42,629 nt of DNA from Dirinaria sp. TL-2023a (taxonomy: Eukaryota), in the NCBI GenBank assembly GCA_051941275.1, contig JAVEBF010000035.1, positions 1-42,629 of the forward strand, in the 5' to 3' direction. A model generated the notes under the pieces. It was not told the origin of the DNA. It saw nothing but the letters and a program-made list of their open reading frames with translations, and ran no database searches. Every line of letters begins with the position of its first letter. Position 1 is the stretch's first letter. Both the position numbers and the translations under genes were made by a program. This document shows positions 12,429 to 24,885 of the stretch, in pieces.

Positions 12429-12948
12429 TCATTTGCCCTCTTGCCTGCTCTTCTCAATCTTCTTGTTGCTATCGGTGCTATCAGTCAGCTCACACCCCGA
12501 CACAGCGAGTGTAGGTTTCTGAGGGCGAGCAAACTCAAACGTACATGTCGCCGTCCAGCTGCTCCAGTTGCTTCTGATGTTCCGCAATGTTCCGCTTTAG
12601 CTGCTCAAGCCTTCTCTAATCATCAGCATGATATCGGATGCCGATAGATAGTCTATAATCCGATGTGGATAACGTACTTCTCCATCTCCTTCTGCCTGAC
12701 CCATAAGCTCTCGTCGGCGGCCTCACGTTTGGTGAATGCGTCTCTATTATCGTGTTCAGCTATTGATTTGGTGGCAAAGGTCTAGCCTTTCGAGCAGATA
12801 GGTCGTACCCTTGAGCAACTCCTCCAGATCGGGTAGATCCAGTATCTCCCTCAGCGAGCCTAGCTGTGGTGGAAGATAGGGAACGACAAGCTGGTGCGGT
12901 GACCCGCAAGCATGGCTTGACGCTATGAAGGACAGTTTGGCGAATCAT
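12429..12948 (-). CDS. INH1: Mitochondrial F1Fo-ATPase inhibitor IF1 (~106 aa; exons 12948-12809, 12743-12678, 12610-12545, 12477-12429)
   Basis: Basic mitochondrial presequence, then EGDTGSTRSGGVAQGDAFTKREAADESLWVRQKEMEKLEQLK (IATP motif) after splicing three GT-AG introns (12808-12744, 12677-12611, 12544-12478). Confidence 0.9.
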
Positions 12949-13326
12949 GTTTAGCAGCGATTCAATGCTGTGGAGAGGGTCTGGGGAGGTAAGGAGGGTC
13001 TTTGATTTCGAGCCTGGGCTCCTGGGGTTGAAAAGGTCTGGAGGGTCGAGGGGTCTCAACTAGAAGCTTTGAATGAGGACCGTCCTCCAACTAGCACCTC
13101 AGTGTTGCCTTACACTCACGACTCAGTTGATGCATGAGGCTGATTCCCGAAGTGGTTTAGCCTTGATGTTTGAGTGCAGCCTCATCTCTCAGTTTCGATA
13201 TCTTCTTTCCAAGCGTTGAAACACAACCAACTGCCTGTTCTATCCATTCCACCCTTCACCTACGAGACAACGCTTACACCACCCGATCAATCCAGCGAGT
13301 CGCGTCCATCCATTTTCAATTCTTAG

Positions 13327-13639
13327 GTAAGCAATATCTACAAGTATTCTTTTGGGAATGCTTGGGTTGCCAGATGGCTTCTGCATTTCAACAAGCGAGA
13401 CTGGCCACTGCATCCGGCCACTGCCATTATCGACGCAGTCTATACTTGATCTCCTTCCTGAGCTTTGCTTTGAAGGACCTGTTCGATGTGTCGCGACTTG
13501 ATAGTATTCAATGATTGTGCCTGCCCAAGCTCCAAATTAACCTTTTTGATTGTCTCCGCAGCCTCGCCTTCGAATCGCCAAAAATTTTTCACCTTGCTTT
13601 ACACGCGGATAAGTTAGAGGCTGACGTGCTGCTTTATAG
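13327..13639 (+). other. Putative 313-nt 5' UTR intron of the 14-3-3 gene
   Basis: AG|GTAAGC donor at 13327, GCTGAC branch point at 13620, TAG acceptor at 13639, 31 nt before the ATG. Confidence 0.6.
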
Positions 13640-13670
13640 AACACCGAGATATCAAGGGTCGCAAAGAACA

Positions 13671-14838
13671 ATGGCCTATCAAAACCATGTCTATCTGGCC
13701 AAGCTTGCCGAGCAGGCGGAGCGCTACGAAGGTAAGCATCTGGACCGTCATCTTTTAAAACCCAAGGTAACCGCGTGACGCAGAGATGGTGGAAAACATG
13801 AAAGAGGTTGCCGCTGCTGATCAAGAGCTGTCTGTTGAGGAGCGCAATCTACTATCAGTGGCCTACAAGAACGTTATAGGCGCGCGTCGTGCATCTTGGA
13901 GAATCGTCACCTCAATCGAGCAGAAAGAGGAGTCAAAGGGCAATGAGTCTCAGGTCGGCCTCATCAAGGAATACCGTCAGAAGATCGAGGCCGAATTGGC
14001 CAAGATCTGTGAAGACATTCTAAAGGTTCTCAACGACCACCTGATCAAGTCTGCAGCCAGCGGCGAATCTAAGGTCTTCTACCACAAAATGTACGCGACT
14101 CCACAACAACGCATATTCCCTCCAGCCTATGTACCGAGCTCATGCATTTTGAACAGGAAGGGCGACTACCACCGCTACCTCGCCGAATTTGCCCTTGGTG
14201 ATAAGCGTAAAGAATCCGCCGATCTATCATTGGAGGCCTACAAGGCAGCGACTGAGGTTGCGACTACCGAGCTTGCACCTACTCATCCCATCCGTCTGGG
14301 CCTTGCCCTGAACTTCTCGGTCTTCTACTACGAGATTCTCAATTCTCCTGATCAGGCCTGCCATCTTGCCAAACAGGCTTTTGACGATGCTATTGCTGGT
14401 AAATCTTGCGAAAGTCCCACAAAAGTGCACGCTAACGTAATCACAGAGCTGGATACCCTGAGCGAGGAATCTTACAAAGACAGCACACTTAGTAAGTCAT
14501 TGTTTTCCTTCTCATTGTTTTTTTTTTCTCAGCCCAACAGCGAACAGCTGCCTCATTTGCACTCTTGTTCTACTATGTACTGGACTTACTGCTGGAGAAA
14601 ATGCTGATACTTTGAATCTCCAGTAATGCAACTTCTAAGGGACAACCTAGTAAGCCTCAAGGATCCCTAGTTCCCCCCCCCCCCAATACTAAATGAAACC
14701 CAGACTCTCTGGACCTCGTCGGAAGCTGAGGCCCCAGCCGGTGGCGAGAGTGGTGCTGCGACCACAGAATCGAAGGATGCTCCCGCAGAGGCACCTCGCG
14801 AGACCACCGCACCAGAGCCGGAGAAAGCCGCTGAGTAA
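13671..14838 (+). CDS. BMH1: 14-3-3 protein (~271 aa; exons 13671-13731, 13784-14090, 14157-14398, 14447-14491, 14624-14649, 14704-14838)
   Basis: Signature motifs [60 protein letters not shown] and [20 protein letters not shown] after removing five introns. The symbol is family-level; the paralog is not resolved. Confidence 0.97.
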
Positions 14839-17127
14839 ACGCTTCCTTCCTTTTCTCTAGAGAAGCAACAGCCGTGAGGCTTCTTCGCAAGAGAGGAAAC
14901 TAGATTAGACAGCAAAATCTTCAAGATAGATCATCCTAACCTCACGCATGCTCTGTGGGTATTTGCCATGGCTTGTTTGCTTACAGGATGGCGATCGAGG
15001 GAGTCTTATATTGAAGTGAAGTGAAGCATTCGATGTCTCTCATGCTATGCTTCTGTGTGTGCTCATCTAAGGTTCCATGTTTTTCATCTATGGAACGGAT
15101 TCCGATCGCCTTTGCAGTGTAGTAGTGGTGAGTTCTGTTGCATCTCAACACTTAAACATAATGTCTGGCCTGCTTTCATAGAAATTCTATGCCGTCGCTT
15201 CTGAGGTCGCCAATATAGCCTTCGCGTCATCTAACTACACACGCCAGTCCTGCCCCTCGAGAGATACGCCCAGATGAATCCTGAGCCAAGCAGTCATCTC
15301 AGTCCGAATGCCTTCATTTCGCGTTCCGTTGTATCCACATTGGTTTAGCCTACGTATGGTGCGAAACCTAACCCATGTTGCCAACATGCGCATTGCAATT
15401 CGCACTCTCAACTGAATCCACGCTTCTACACGTCCCGACACCTCTCCTAACCACACGAGATCCCTGCAGCGAAAGAATGTATTTGGGGTCCTGTCTCTGC
15501 TATAAACGTGCACAAGTAAGGCTGCGGATCCTACGTGGAAAGGAGGAACGCTCCAGTCTATGGGGCAGCCACCGACGGTTTGCGAAAATCTCAACGGCGG
15601 AGTACCGAAATGCTATTCTAGATGGACCGATACCTTCTCCATGTTGATACCTCAAGAACTTCTCCGACGTCATAGATATCATCTATTGAAGTCTGCTTAG
15701 TCGATTCCAAGCCCTGAAAGCTCGGTCATCCACGGTCCATAGCTGTTACTCCATCCTACGCTTAGGACGATTCCAAGAAAGTCGCTGTTGAGGTAACAGA
15801 AACCCATTTCGTGCTAGCGATTTCTATATTAGAGCAAAGATGACGTGCAGTCTCCTGTTACCGCAAAAAGCCGTGCCTTTAGCCTCACCAGTACCGCTTG
15901 ATTCGTGCCTGGCGTCGCTGAACCTAAACAGCAATCAAACAGTAATCCTTGCCATCTTTCATTGTCTTCGAAACTAGAACTTAAACGTTGAATATGAGCA
16001 TCAGAGAATACTGAATTGGCCGCTTAGATATATGTATGACTCAAGGGATAAAGGACTTGATCTTCGCTTCCCACTAAGCCGTCTTTCTCTTATGAGCTGC
16101 CTACTTACTAAAAATCTTCTTGACAAATCAGCGCACTCGAATTTGTTCCCTCATTGTCACTCTTGGATGGCGTGCCCTCGGACGTTCAAGCTGTGATTCC
16201 ATTCCATACCTTCCAGCAGCTCCATTTTAGAACGAGAGGAAGAACAATGAAAGTACCAGTTCAGAGTTCTTCGCGACGTCATGATAAGGAAACGACATGA
16301 GATGTGCTGCGTCTACATGTTTAGTCTTTGTCGGAGGAGGAATAAACGAAATACGTAAGCTTGGAATTAACGGGAGATGGTTTCATATACAGCCTCCTGG
16401 CCTGGCAATGTTTGCACGCATGGTTTTTGAATAGGTCACTGAGAGCTGGCCGTTAGGAGAGTAATACGCTCTTTCCCCCTGTTCACAATGGATTGGCTCT
16501 ATACAAGCGATTGCAGTCTGATAGTATCGAGAGAATATGTATTCCTTATGATCAGGGATGATGCCAAGGTATGGAAGACCTTACTAAGCTTGTATCAGCA
16601 AAGTGCCTTAGAGTAAGGCAGGTACTGAAAAAGTCAGCTCTTGCAATTGCTTTGCCTTAAAAAAATGGGGCCAAAAGAGGGGCCGCATGGGCCGCATGGA
16701 GGATGCATGTTTCAACGATGAGGGGTGTTGTTGTTGTTTCAGATAGATCAAGATTGATGAGGAAGTCGATCCTTCATCTAGAAATCCGGCGGGATTGGAC
16801 GGTCCCTTCATCCCGCTGCTAGACTAAACATCGGTGTGTGCCAGTCGGTTCAAACCGCTATCTGATTCGCTATTAAGGAGTGTCTGCCCTATAGTAGGTA
16901 GGCTATAGTAAGAGTAATAGTAGCCGTAGTAGGAGGAAGATACATTAGGAAGGAAAACATCATAGTCGAGTTAGAGATATGTCGCTCATGACAAGAGAAA
17001 ATTGACCTCATAAACGTCCTTATCTCTATCATACGTCCTCCAACCTTTATAATGGACAGAGCACCATATACCGTGCTCAAAAAATGTCCGCCAGCGCCTG
17101 TTGTACGGGTTCCCAAATGAGTGCTCA

Positions 17128-18170
17128 TCATCCATAGTGCCTCGTATCATAGCTAAAGCTGAATTTCTTTCCTTCAGGCGAGCTGCGGACTTCCTTGTTC
17201 TCGGTGAGCAGTGAAGAGATAGCGAGACCACTCTGATGATTTCTCTCGATTGCGCTTCGTGCTAAGCCCGAAGCCCCGGAGCCGATGGGGGTGAAATGCT
17301 TAGTTAACTCTGCTCCCGCGGTGAAGGGAGCGCTAAGGATCGTTGCAGTCGTATTTTGAGGGCTCGTGCCTGGAGTTGGAGGGAAGTTGCCGCCTGAGAC
17401 ACAATGCGCGCGCCGCCACGCGTCCTCCAAGACTGCCGGAGCGAGATTGCAGCCGTAGCTACGAGCGATCATGGACCAGAAATGGATCCGGTGGGCGTCG
17501 TAGATCTTGTCGAGACGCTCCATGTCGATGTGTTGCTTCGAGGGAAAGCCATTAATGTTTTCGGTGATGAGCCGAAGGGATCTGCTTTGCTCTGCAACTC
17601 GCTGGGTGGCGGGTAGTGGTTTCGGGAGGATGGGTACGTGAGCGTACGGGGAGCGCGAGGTACTTTCGTAGCTCTTTGCCGATTCATCAGGGCTTTGTGG
17701 AGGAAAGTGACCTGGTAATTGCCTTTGGGGAGTCGATTCTCTTGTATGGTCAAGAGGCGGCACGGAAGCACGGCTATCAACAGAAACAGCCGAGGAAACT
17801 GAGGTCGCACGTCGACGACGCTTACCACCGAAAGAGAGTTGGTGGTAATGCAGCCGGCAGGCGAGCTCTGTCTTCTTGAGCTGCGCAGCGATGTGCTTGT
17901 AAGGCATTTTGTGTGCACGGAACTCGATGAGATTAGCTTCCTGCAGTATTTGTGAGCCTTTGGTTTTGATAGGTGAGCAATAAGACGGTTGGATACCTCT
18001 TCTTCGGACCAAGCTCTACCACCTCCTGTGGACGCACTCTTGCGGTGTCGCGGGGCGGCGGGTTGCTGGCTCGCTGGCGATGCATGAGGGCTGCAGGCTG
18101 GGGAAACTTCCGCCATTGATGAATCGCTGGCAGGGGACATGTTGGTAGGAGATTGAGGAAGCGGAGACAT
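17128..18170 (-). CDS. Myb/SANT-domain transcription factor A, single clear repeat (~328 aa; exons 18170-17997, 17940-17128)
   Basis: GRAWSEEE|EANLIEFRAHKMPYKHIAAQLKKTELACRLHYHQL across intron 17996-17941, basic KRRRR NLS-like patch, and a second helical block (IDMERLDKIYDAHRIHFWSMIARSYG...LEDAW). Confidence 0.85.
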
Positions 18171-19317
18171 GGCTGACCCTTGAGCTGAAGAAGATAGCAA
18201 TCGGAAACAAGATTACTCGCTGTCACAATTGGTAGAAAATTGAAGCTGACCGAGGTGAATATGCTTAATTAGGAATATAAGGTATAAGTCACCCAGCCAG
18301 TGGGAATTGAGGCAAAGTTATACCACGACCAGCAAAAGAAGGAATTATCATTGATCACCGAAAACCCCAGCGGCGTTGCAGCACAATAACAGTAGTCTGG
18401 ACAGAAGGAGCTATCTATACTTCAGAGCTCTTGACAATTGGAGACGGAGCTATACCTCTTTGCATGATTCTCTATCGTGAGGTTACGATTCCCCGTGTTT
18501 CCAAAGAGCCCCCCATCCGCCCCACGGGTCCCTCGTCCTTCCTTAGCTCCGAACAAATTGGTCTGGCTCTACGACGCGAAGACGGTGAAGCATAGTTCTG
18601 TTCCGCCTTTTCGACTTCTCAGATGTGTGAGGCAGTCCGTGTGTTCATGCGGGAAAGCGCCGTCAGACGCCGCATGCAGGCTTGAATCTTAGCGGAATTG
18701 CATGAATCCTGAAGAGTGGACAGCTGGGAGAGGCTGGCACTACTGGCCTTTCTAGGTAGGGATGAACCCACTTGCCACACCCATGCTGCTTTGACAAAAC
18801 GGAGGCTTTGGTGCTAGAGAGATTGTTCAGACTACCAATACACTTGATGCTTGCCGCTCGCGTGAATGTTTTATCTACCTTATAGGTGCACCGATGTATT
18901 GAGGATCGTCCGGAGGGCACTTGTCTCAGCGTCGCTTGTAACTTTGTAACAAGGAGATGTCGCGTGCACCATGTCATTGTAAAGGACTTATCATTCAGCT
19001 GGTAGAAATGGTGACTGAAGTGGTGACCATCATGGACGCAGGGAGCCTTCAGAGGAATCGAATCGGGCCTCTCGGCGTTCCGAGGTAAAGGTCAAGCCTC
19101 TTGCAACAAGTACCCAAAAAAAGAACAAGGAAAAGGAAAAGCGAAGGGGGGGGAAAACGAAGTGTGAGAAGGGGTGAGAGGGCCGAGTCAGGAAATGCTG
19201 GTACGAGAATTGAAACATGAAAGTCGGTAAAGGATGTTGCAGGCTTGTTTCATATGAACAGATTAGGGTGAAAGGGAAAAGGAAGGGGAAGAGAAGAAGG
19301 TCGCGGGTGACACGGAC

Positions 19318-19363
19318 GGGCGAGAGCAGCAGGTAGAGTGGGGCGAGAGCAGCAGGTAGAGTG
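19318..19363 (+). repeat. Perfect 23-bp tandem duplication GGGCGAGAGCAGCAGGTAGAGTG x2
   Basis: Copies at 19318-19340 and 19341-19363, with a degenerate third copy (GGCGAGACCTCAGGTAGAGTA) at ~19400-19420. Confidence 0.9.
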
Positions 19364-20802
19364 AGGCGGGCTTCCGGCTGGCCTTCCAAGTAGAAGGTAG
19401 GCGAGACCTCAGGTAGAGTACGGGTACTTTCGAGGACAATAATACTAGGATACTCGCCCCTTACCTTACCTACATTAGTGGAGAGGTACTTAGGTTGACC
19501 TTCCTATTAGGTACCCAGGTACCGAGATACCCTCCCGTCTAGAGGTACAGTACCGTAAATCACCATCACCCACCCACACTGTGTCGTTATCACCACCATC
19601 ACGACGGCTGACCGAAAGTACATCTCGGTGATGAACGGTTACATCAGATGGAGAATGATGAGGGATTCAAGATCGATCCTCGATCTTGCAAAATGTATCG
19701 GGTGTGTTTCGGTGGGAAGCTATTGAGTACCCAGGATGAGGCTTCGTGTTGGAGTTCTGCTACAAGTGTCTGCTACAGACCTACCTTACTGACTTACTTC
19801 CCCAAATCGTACATGATCTCGATTACCTAATCTACGGTACATACTTCAACTACGATGGAAGAGAGGAGGATACTGTGATAGTAGTAATAATGAATCGGCG
19901 AAGAGACGAAGATCAGGCTAGACTGGCTGGGAGATAGCGCGATTCCGTGAACTACCGAGTGCCGACACCTTTCTCTGTGCGTGTCTCCTCTTGCTTGATT
20001 GCTCTGGACCCAGGGCGACACGCAAGCCTTAGTCCAGACGCTCGTCATCACAACCCGAAGATGCATATTGAGAGCTGCATCAGCCATTGGCTCAATAGAT
20101 AGCCGTCTGCCCGCGAAAAGGGCTCGATCTGGTCGAAAAATTGAGAATATGACCCACAAATGACCCCAACCAATAACGGAGACCGAACCGGATGTAGCGA
20201 CCTCTTCGGCGACCTCACTGGCTCTGCTTGCATGAAATGCATTGTTCAGAAGCGGAGGATCAGCGACAAGAGGGACACCACAATTTTGAGCTATCCACAC
20301 TTTCCCTCTCCGGAATGGCACCCTCGAACCAGACGCTCGACGTGACCCGACCCCGCATTTCGAGGGCGTACCAAAGAGGCCCACGGCTATCTGATGGCAG
20401 ACGAGTAGTCGATACTTGATATCCGCTGGATCCTCTACCCAGTCCACAAGTACTGCTACCAGGTCCCTTTGCCTAGACGGCTTTAGGACATAGTAACCCA
20501 TTCCAAGCAGGCGCGATGTTGAAGATAATACGTTCCCGATCCTCGCCCATCTCTTATTCCATTCTCGTCTTAATCAATATGTTAAATGCTGTACGAGCTC
20601 CGAAACCCCCAGTATGAAAGCGAGAGCGCTGTGTTAAGAACTACGCCGATGCATCGAAAGACTTCCTGCGTCTCAAACGGCGTGATCATCCCGCCACCAA
20701 CTTTATCGCCCTCGAACGTTTGACTACAGCATAAGGTTGCACCTATGACGGCACACCCCATACAGCTCCCAAACTATTTCTCCGCCGCGTAGTAGCATTG
20801 CC

Positions 20803-21789
20803 ATGTCGTGAGTGCCATGGTCTGCTTTTGCTCTTGGCTCACTCGCATCTTTCCCACATCTCGATTTTTGTCTCATTGTGCACCGTGAATGTTTGGCATG
20901 TTAGACCTTGGCATCCTCGCTCTCTGCTTCGCCTTGAGCAAACGTTAAACGATGGATTCTTTTCTCACACACGCAGGTCCCCGTCCGCTCCCAGACGGGC
21001 TCTCAATATCCCGACAACGACAAGCTCTCCGCCAGCTTCACAGCCGCCATACTATCCTCAGGCGCCCTTGAGTGCTCAGCCGCAAGAGAGTCTTTCTATA
21101 TCACAGCCGCCGACGAGCCCGCCATCGTCGAGAAAGCGTAAAGCCCCTGGATCTACAGCCCTAGCAGGTGCTCAATCCATGCCTCCGCCCGGACTCGGGG
21201 ATCCCGGAGGCGTCGAAGGTCCAGCTCAGTCCATCGCTGAATCGTCGGTTGCCGCGCCAGCGCCGAAGAAAAGCAGGACAAACACACCATGGAGTCCGGC
21301 AGAGGAGCAGCGACTGAAGACCATGAGAGACGCTGGTAACAGCTGGAGTGAGATAGCAAAGGTTAGGCCCTTATATTTGCTGCATTGGCCAATTAACTCA
21401 ACACTCATTCTTAAGACCTTCCCATCACGGACTGAAGGTAGTGTCAAGAAGCATTGGTACAAGGTACGAACGACAACCACATGGCCTCATATCGCTAGCA
21501 TAGCCCCTCGCAGTTGGTACTGACTGGAAAATAGGACATGCATTACGCAGACTTCGCAGAAGATGAGGTACCATCTGTCTCCATGGTTTTTGCACCGCCC
21601 CTGACAATAGTATAGAGCGCTGCCCTTTTGCAGGCAATCAAGGAGTACGAAGCTAGCAAGTGGAAGGTCATTGGCCAGAAAGTAGGCAAACCGGCAAAGG
21701 TAGGAACTCGGATTACTTCGCCATCCCAGCACTGATCCAGACAGGCATGCGAGCAGTACGCGAAAGAGCATTTTAGTGGCAGAATGTGA
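20803..21789 (+). CDS. Myb/SANT-domain transcription factor B, two repeats (~199 aa; exons 20803-20807, 20977-21361, 21416-21463, 21535-21567, 21616-21699, 21745-21789)
   Basis: Spliced product contains NTPWSPAEEQRLKTMRDAGNSWSEIAKTFPSRTEGSVKKHWYK and DFAEDESAALLQAIKEYEASKWKVIGQKVGKPAKACEQYAKEHF. Five GT-AG introns keep the frame. The 5-nt first coding exon (ATGTC|GTGAGT) is less certain. Confidence 0.88.
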
Positions 21790-24273
21790 TCGCCAGACTC
21801 AGCATGACTTCCTCTCGAGATCGACGTGAGCAATTTTGGGGCGTTGACCGCTTCCAAGACTGATTCCATCCCTTCCTTCGTTGCTTCATAAAGCTACTAT
21901 GGGCCGGGATGGCGGGACCCTTCTGTGATCTCGTTCCAGTCCGACAGAGATATTGCTCAATCTGTCCCTTTGGCACTGTGCTACCCACTCTCTTTCTGCT
22001 TCTTTCTCAGATCTAACGTTGGTGTCTCGATGTGGCTCGTTGCTTTCGTAATAGTCATGTCAGTCAGCAGATTTGCTCTGGCCTCTGCTTTACCTTAGGC
22101 AAATCTGTGCTGTACTCCTACTTATCGTCGAGCTCCCTAAATGATCGTCTATGTGGTATTGGTTTTCGAAAGGGAAGGATCGAAGTTATTGCGATCGATC
22201 AAGGAGGGACTACCTCATCTACACTACTACATCAGATCCTACCAAGTAAACTATGCGCCTCGATTTTTGTCCATGCGACTGGCGCCTCGCACAACTCCTT
22301 CAGGACCAAATTTGATACTTATCCCAAGTGCTTCACTTGTTCCCTCAGAAAATCGGAAGCAACGAGCTCTATCGAGCCTTATTACCTGATATTTGCCAGT
22401 GGCAGGATGCGAACGATGCTGGTATAGTCAGACATGCCCCAGTAAGAGTGGCTCCTCATAAGGGAAACTGACAAGGTAACTCCATTGAAACCCTTGAAGA
22501 TCGCGATAGAATGGTGCTCATCCATCAGAAGTTCCTAAGCTGTTATCTTAGAAGGATCAAATCGAGTTTCTCATTGGAGCCCATGAGCACTGGGAAGCAT
22601 ATCAACCTTCTCCGCCGCGAATGGTGTACGTTGCGAGCTTCGACATTCCTGTGATGAGCCGAGCATTTGGGCTGCTCTCATAGGGCAAGAGTACGAATAA
22701 AAGGATACGGATGTCACATGTGGAGTGGGGAATGAAACTACCTCACAACATTTCCTCCTTTATTTTGTCTCTCGTCTGAAGCCCTTCAGGGGGGCCCTCT
22801 AGACGTCGGGGGTCGTATGGGTGGGAATCATTGAGGTTGAAAGCCGTTTCTCTCCTGTACTTCAGATACGTGGATGCTACGAAATGACGGACTCTAAGCA
22901 ACTGAAACGGGCGAGATTACCGGAGCTGCTGAGGAGCTTCAGCTGGTCTGAAAAAGGGAAGATTGCTTCTAAATCCCTAGCCTCAAGACCATTGTCCTAG
23001 AGACATTGCGCAAAGCTATGGTCTATAGTTATCTAATCACACAAAGCAAGTGCGTAATGAAATACGTACGCATCAGGGTACGTAATTTCCTTGCTTACAG
23101 CTTGGCTGAGCTGAGGGCGCTAATGGGGTCTAAAGTAGCGAATCCTCAAATCACTTTACCTTATGCAAATTCGCGGCGAAGCTGAGACAAGACAGGCAAC
23201 TGCGCCTTCCCCTTTGCCTTTCAACTCTACCTTACTTTCTCACACTCTGCTCTTACCTTATGCTTAGTTTACTTTGCTTTCGACGTCGTCGTGTTTGAAT
23301 ATCGGATCTATTATGACGATCTCTAATCGCGCAAAGGGATTAATTACGGTTATTGCGGCGAAATCTACAACAGTGGCGTAGGTCGCACTGCCATGTCTAA
23401 GACGTGTATCAAGTCCCCTTGATACTCCAGTGTCGAAGTCAGAATTTCCAATTCTTGTGCGAGCATTGCCATCATGGAACAAATTGGCCCACGTCGTGTA
23501 CAACCCATGATGGCGCTGGCCTACCTTAGTCATGCATCACCGCATGCAGATACTCGCCAAGACCGACGATGTGAAACAGCAACTTGATAGCAGTGCACCT
23601 TCTCTACAATGCCTAAAGTCGCTCTGATGGAAAGTCTAGCAGAGCGAAGGGTAGCAGGAAACATTGATGACGCCGTCTTATAATCATCACACCATCTATA
23701 CAGACTTACTCTATCTCAAGTGGTGGTATGCCATCTGCTACCTCCGTTAGACAATAGTACAAGCCATTTTTCGTTCTTGCATTGACGACTTATTAATATT
23801 CTGTGCACTCGACGCCGCATTCTTATTCATCGGAGCTTTCAATTTCAAACAACGACTGCTAAAGAAGGAAATTCTCATGTGCGGGAAGCGGAAGGATCGA
23901 TGCACGTAAGAAACAGATCAATCATGCTATAGGGCAAATATATCCTCAGCCATCCCATCGGCCCTTGATCGGCTTTACGCGCCTGCTTTTGCAACGGGTC
24001 AGATCCCTCTCCCGGTAGACACAACTGTTTAATCGCTCTTCGCATGGCAATCGCGCTAAACCAACATCCGAAAACCAGAGCCTCAATGGCAAGAAATACA
24101 CGTCCACAGCCCAGTAAATTCAGGATCATGTTGTGCTCCAAAACTCATTCCAGCAGCAAAACAACGATTCTGTGGATGCCTTAAGGATCGCCTTAAAAAC
24201 ACATACGCGCGAACCGCGGATTCGAGCGAGTGAAGGAATATAAAGATTCACGAGTTTTTGAAGACCCACTAAG

Positions 24274-24885
24274 ATGGAAGCTTCAGTAAAACGCTTTCTG
24301 GAATATAAGCCTCCTAGTTCTCCACCCGAGCACCGCACACAGAGTTCCAAAAAGACAGCAGGTGCGCGACCACATCAGCCTACGAACCCTCTACACCACT
24401 ATCGCCTTGATACTCGGACTACTCATCCTCCCAGCGGCATGGCATGTTCTCCAAGCCCAGCAGCGAGTAGGAGTAGCGGGCGAGGCCCTTCTCTGCCTCC
24501 CATTCGTCCTGCGTCGGGTCCCAAAGCTAAGTTTACACTCGAAGACGACGCGCTTCTGGTCGATTTGAAGGAGAAACACGACATGACTTGGAAACGGATC
24601 TCCGAGTTCTTCCCGGGCAGGAGCAGTGGAACGCTGCAGGTCAGATACTGCACGAAGTTAAAGGCGAAGGGCACCGCTTGGACGGAAGACATGGTATGTC
24701 TTGCGCGCTCTTACTACCTCTGAAGCACTATTCGTTAACGTAAGTAGACTGAACGATTAAAGAACGCCATACATGACTACGAAAGCGAGAAGTGGCGCAT
24801 TATCAGCGCAAAGGTGGGGCATGGTTTCTCAGCCCAGGCATGCAAAGCGAGAGCAGAAGAGCTGGAGACGGGAATTACCAAATGA
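24274..24885 (+). CDS. Myb/SANT-domain transcription factor C, two repeats (~185 aa; exons 24274-24693, 24748-24885; true start uncertain)
   Basis: KFTLEDDALLVDLKEKHDMTWKRISEFFPGRSSGTLQVRYCTKLKAK and WTEDM|TERLKNAIHDYESEKWRIISAKVGHGFSAQACKARAEEL, with intron 24694-24747 (GTATGT...TTAAC...TAG). Confidence 0.85.

Noticed and set aside
14533..14576. Possible cassette exon inside the 132-nt 14-3-3 intron 4 (internal AG sites and a GTACTG donor)
   Set aside because: Weak donor and branch signals, and inclusion would disrupt an invariant helix. Not supportable without reads.
16556..16630. C/D-box snoRNA-like arrangement (ATGATG...CTGA) with a short internal hairpin
   Set aside because: Box C deviates from RTGATGA, there is no terminal stem, and I recognised no rRNA-complementary guide.
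17469..18200. 243-aa ORF overlapping Myb A in a second frame
   Set aside because: It is Myb A exon 1 read through the unspliced intron into an alternative frame, not a separate gene.
23264..24273. Possible upstream coding exons or a decayed N-terminus of Myb C
   Set aside because: All frames tested contain stops and no splice combination I tried gave a continuous frame into 24274.
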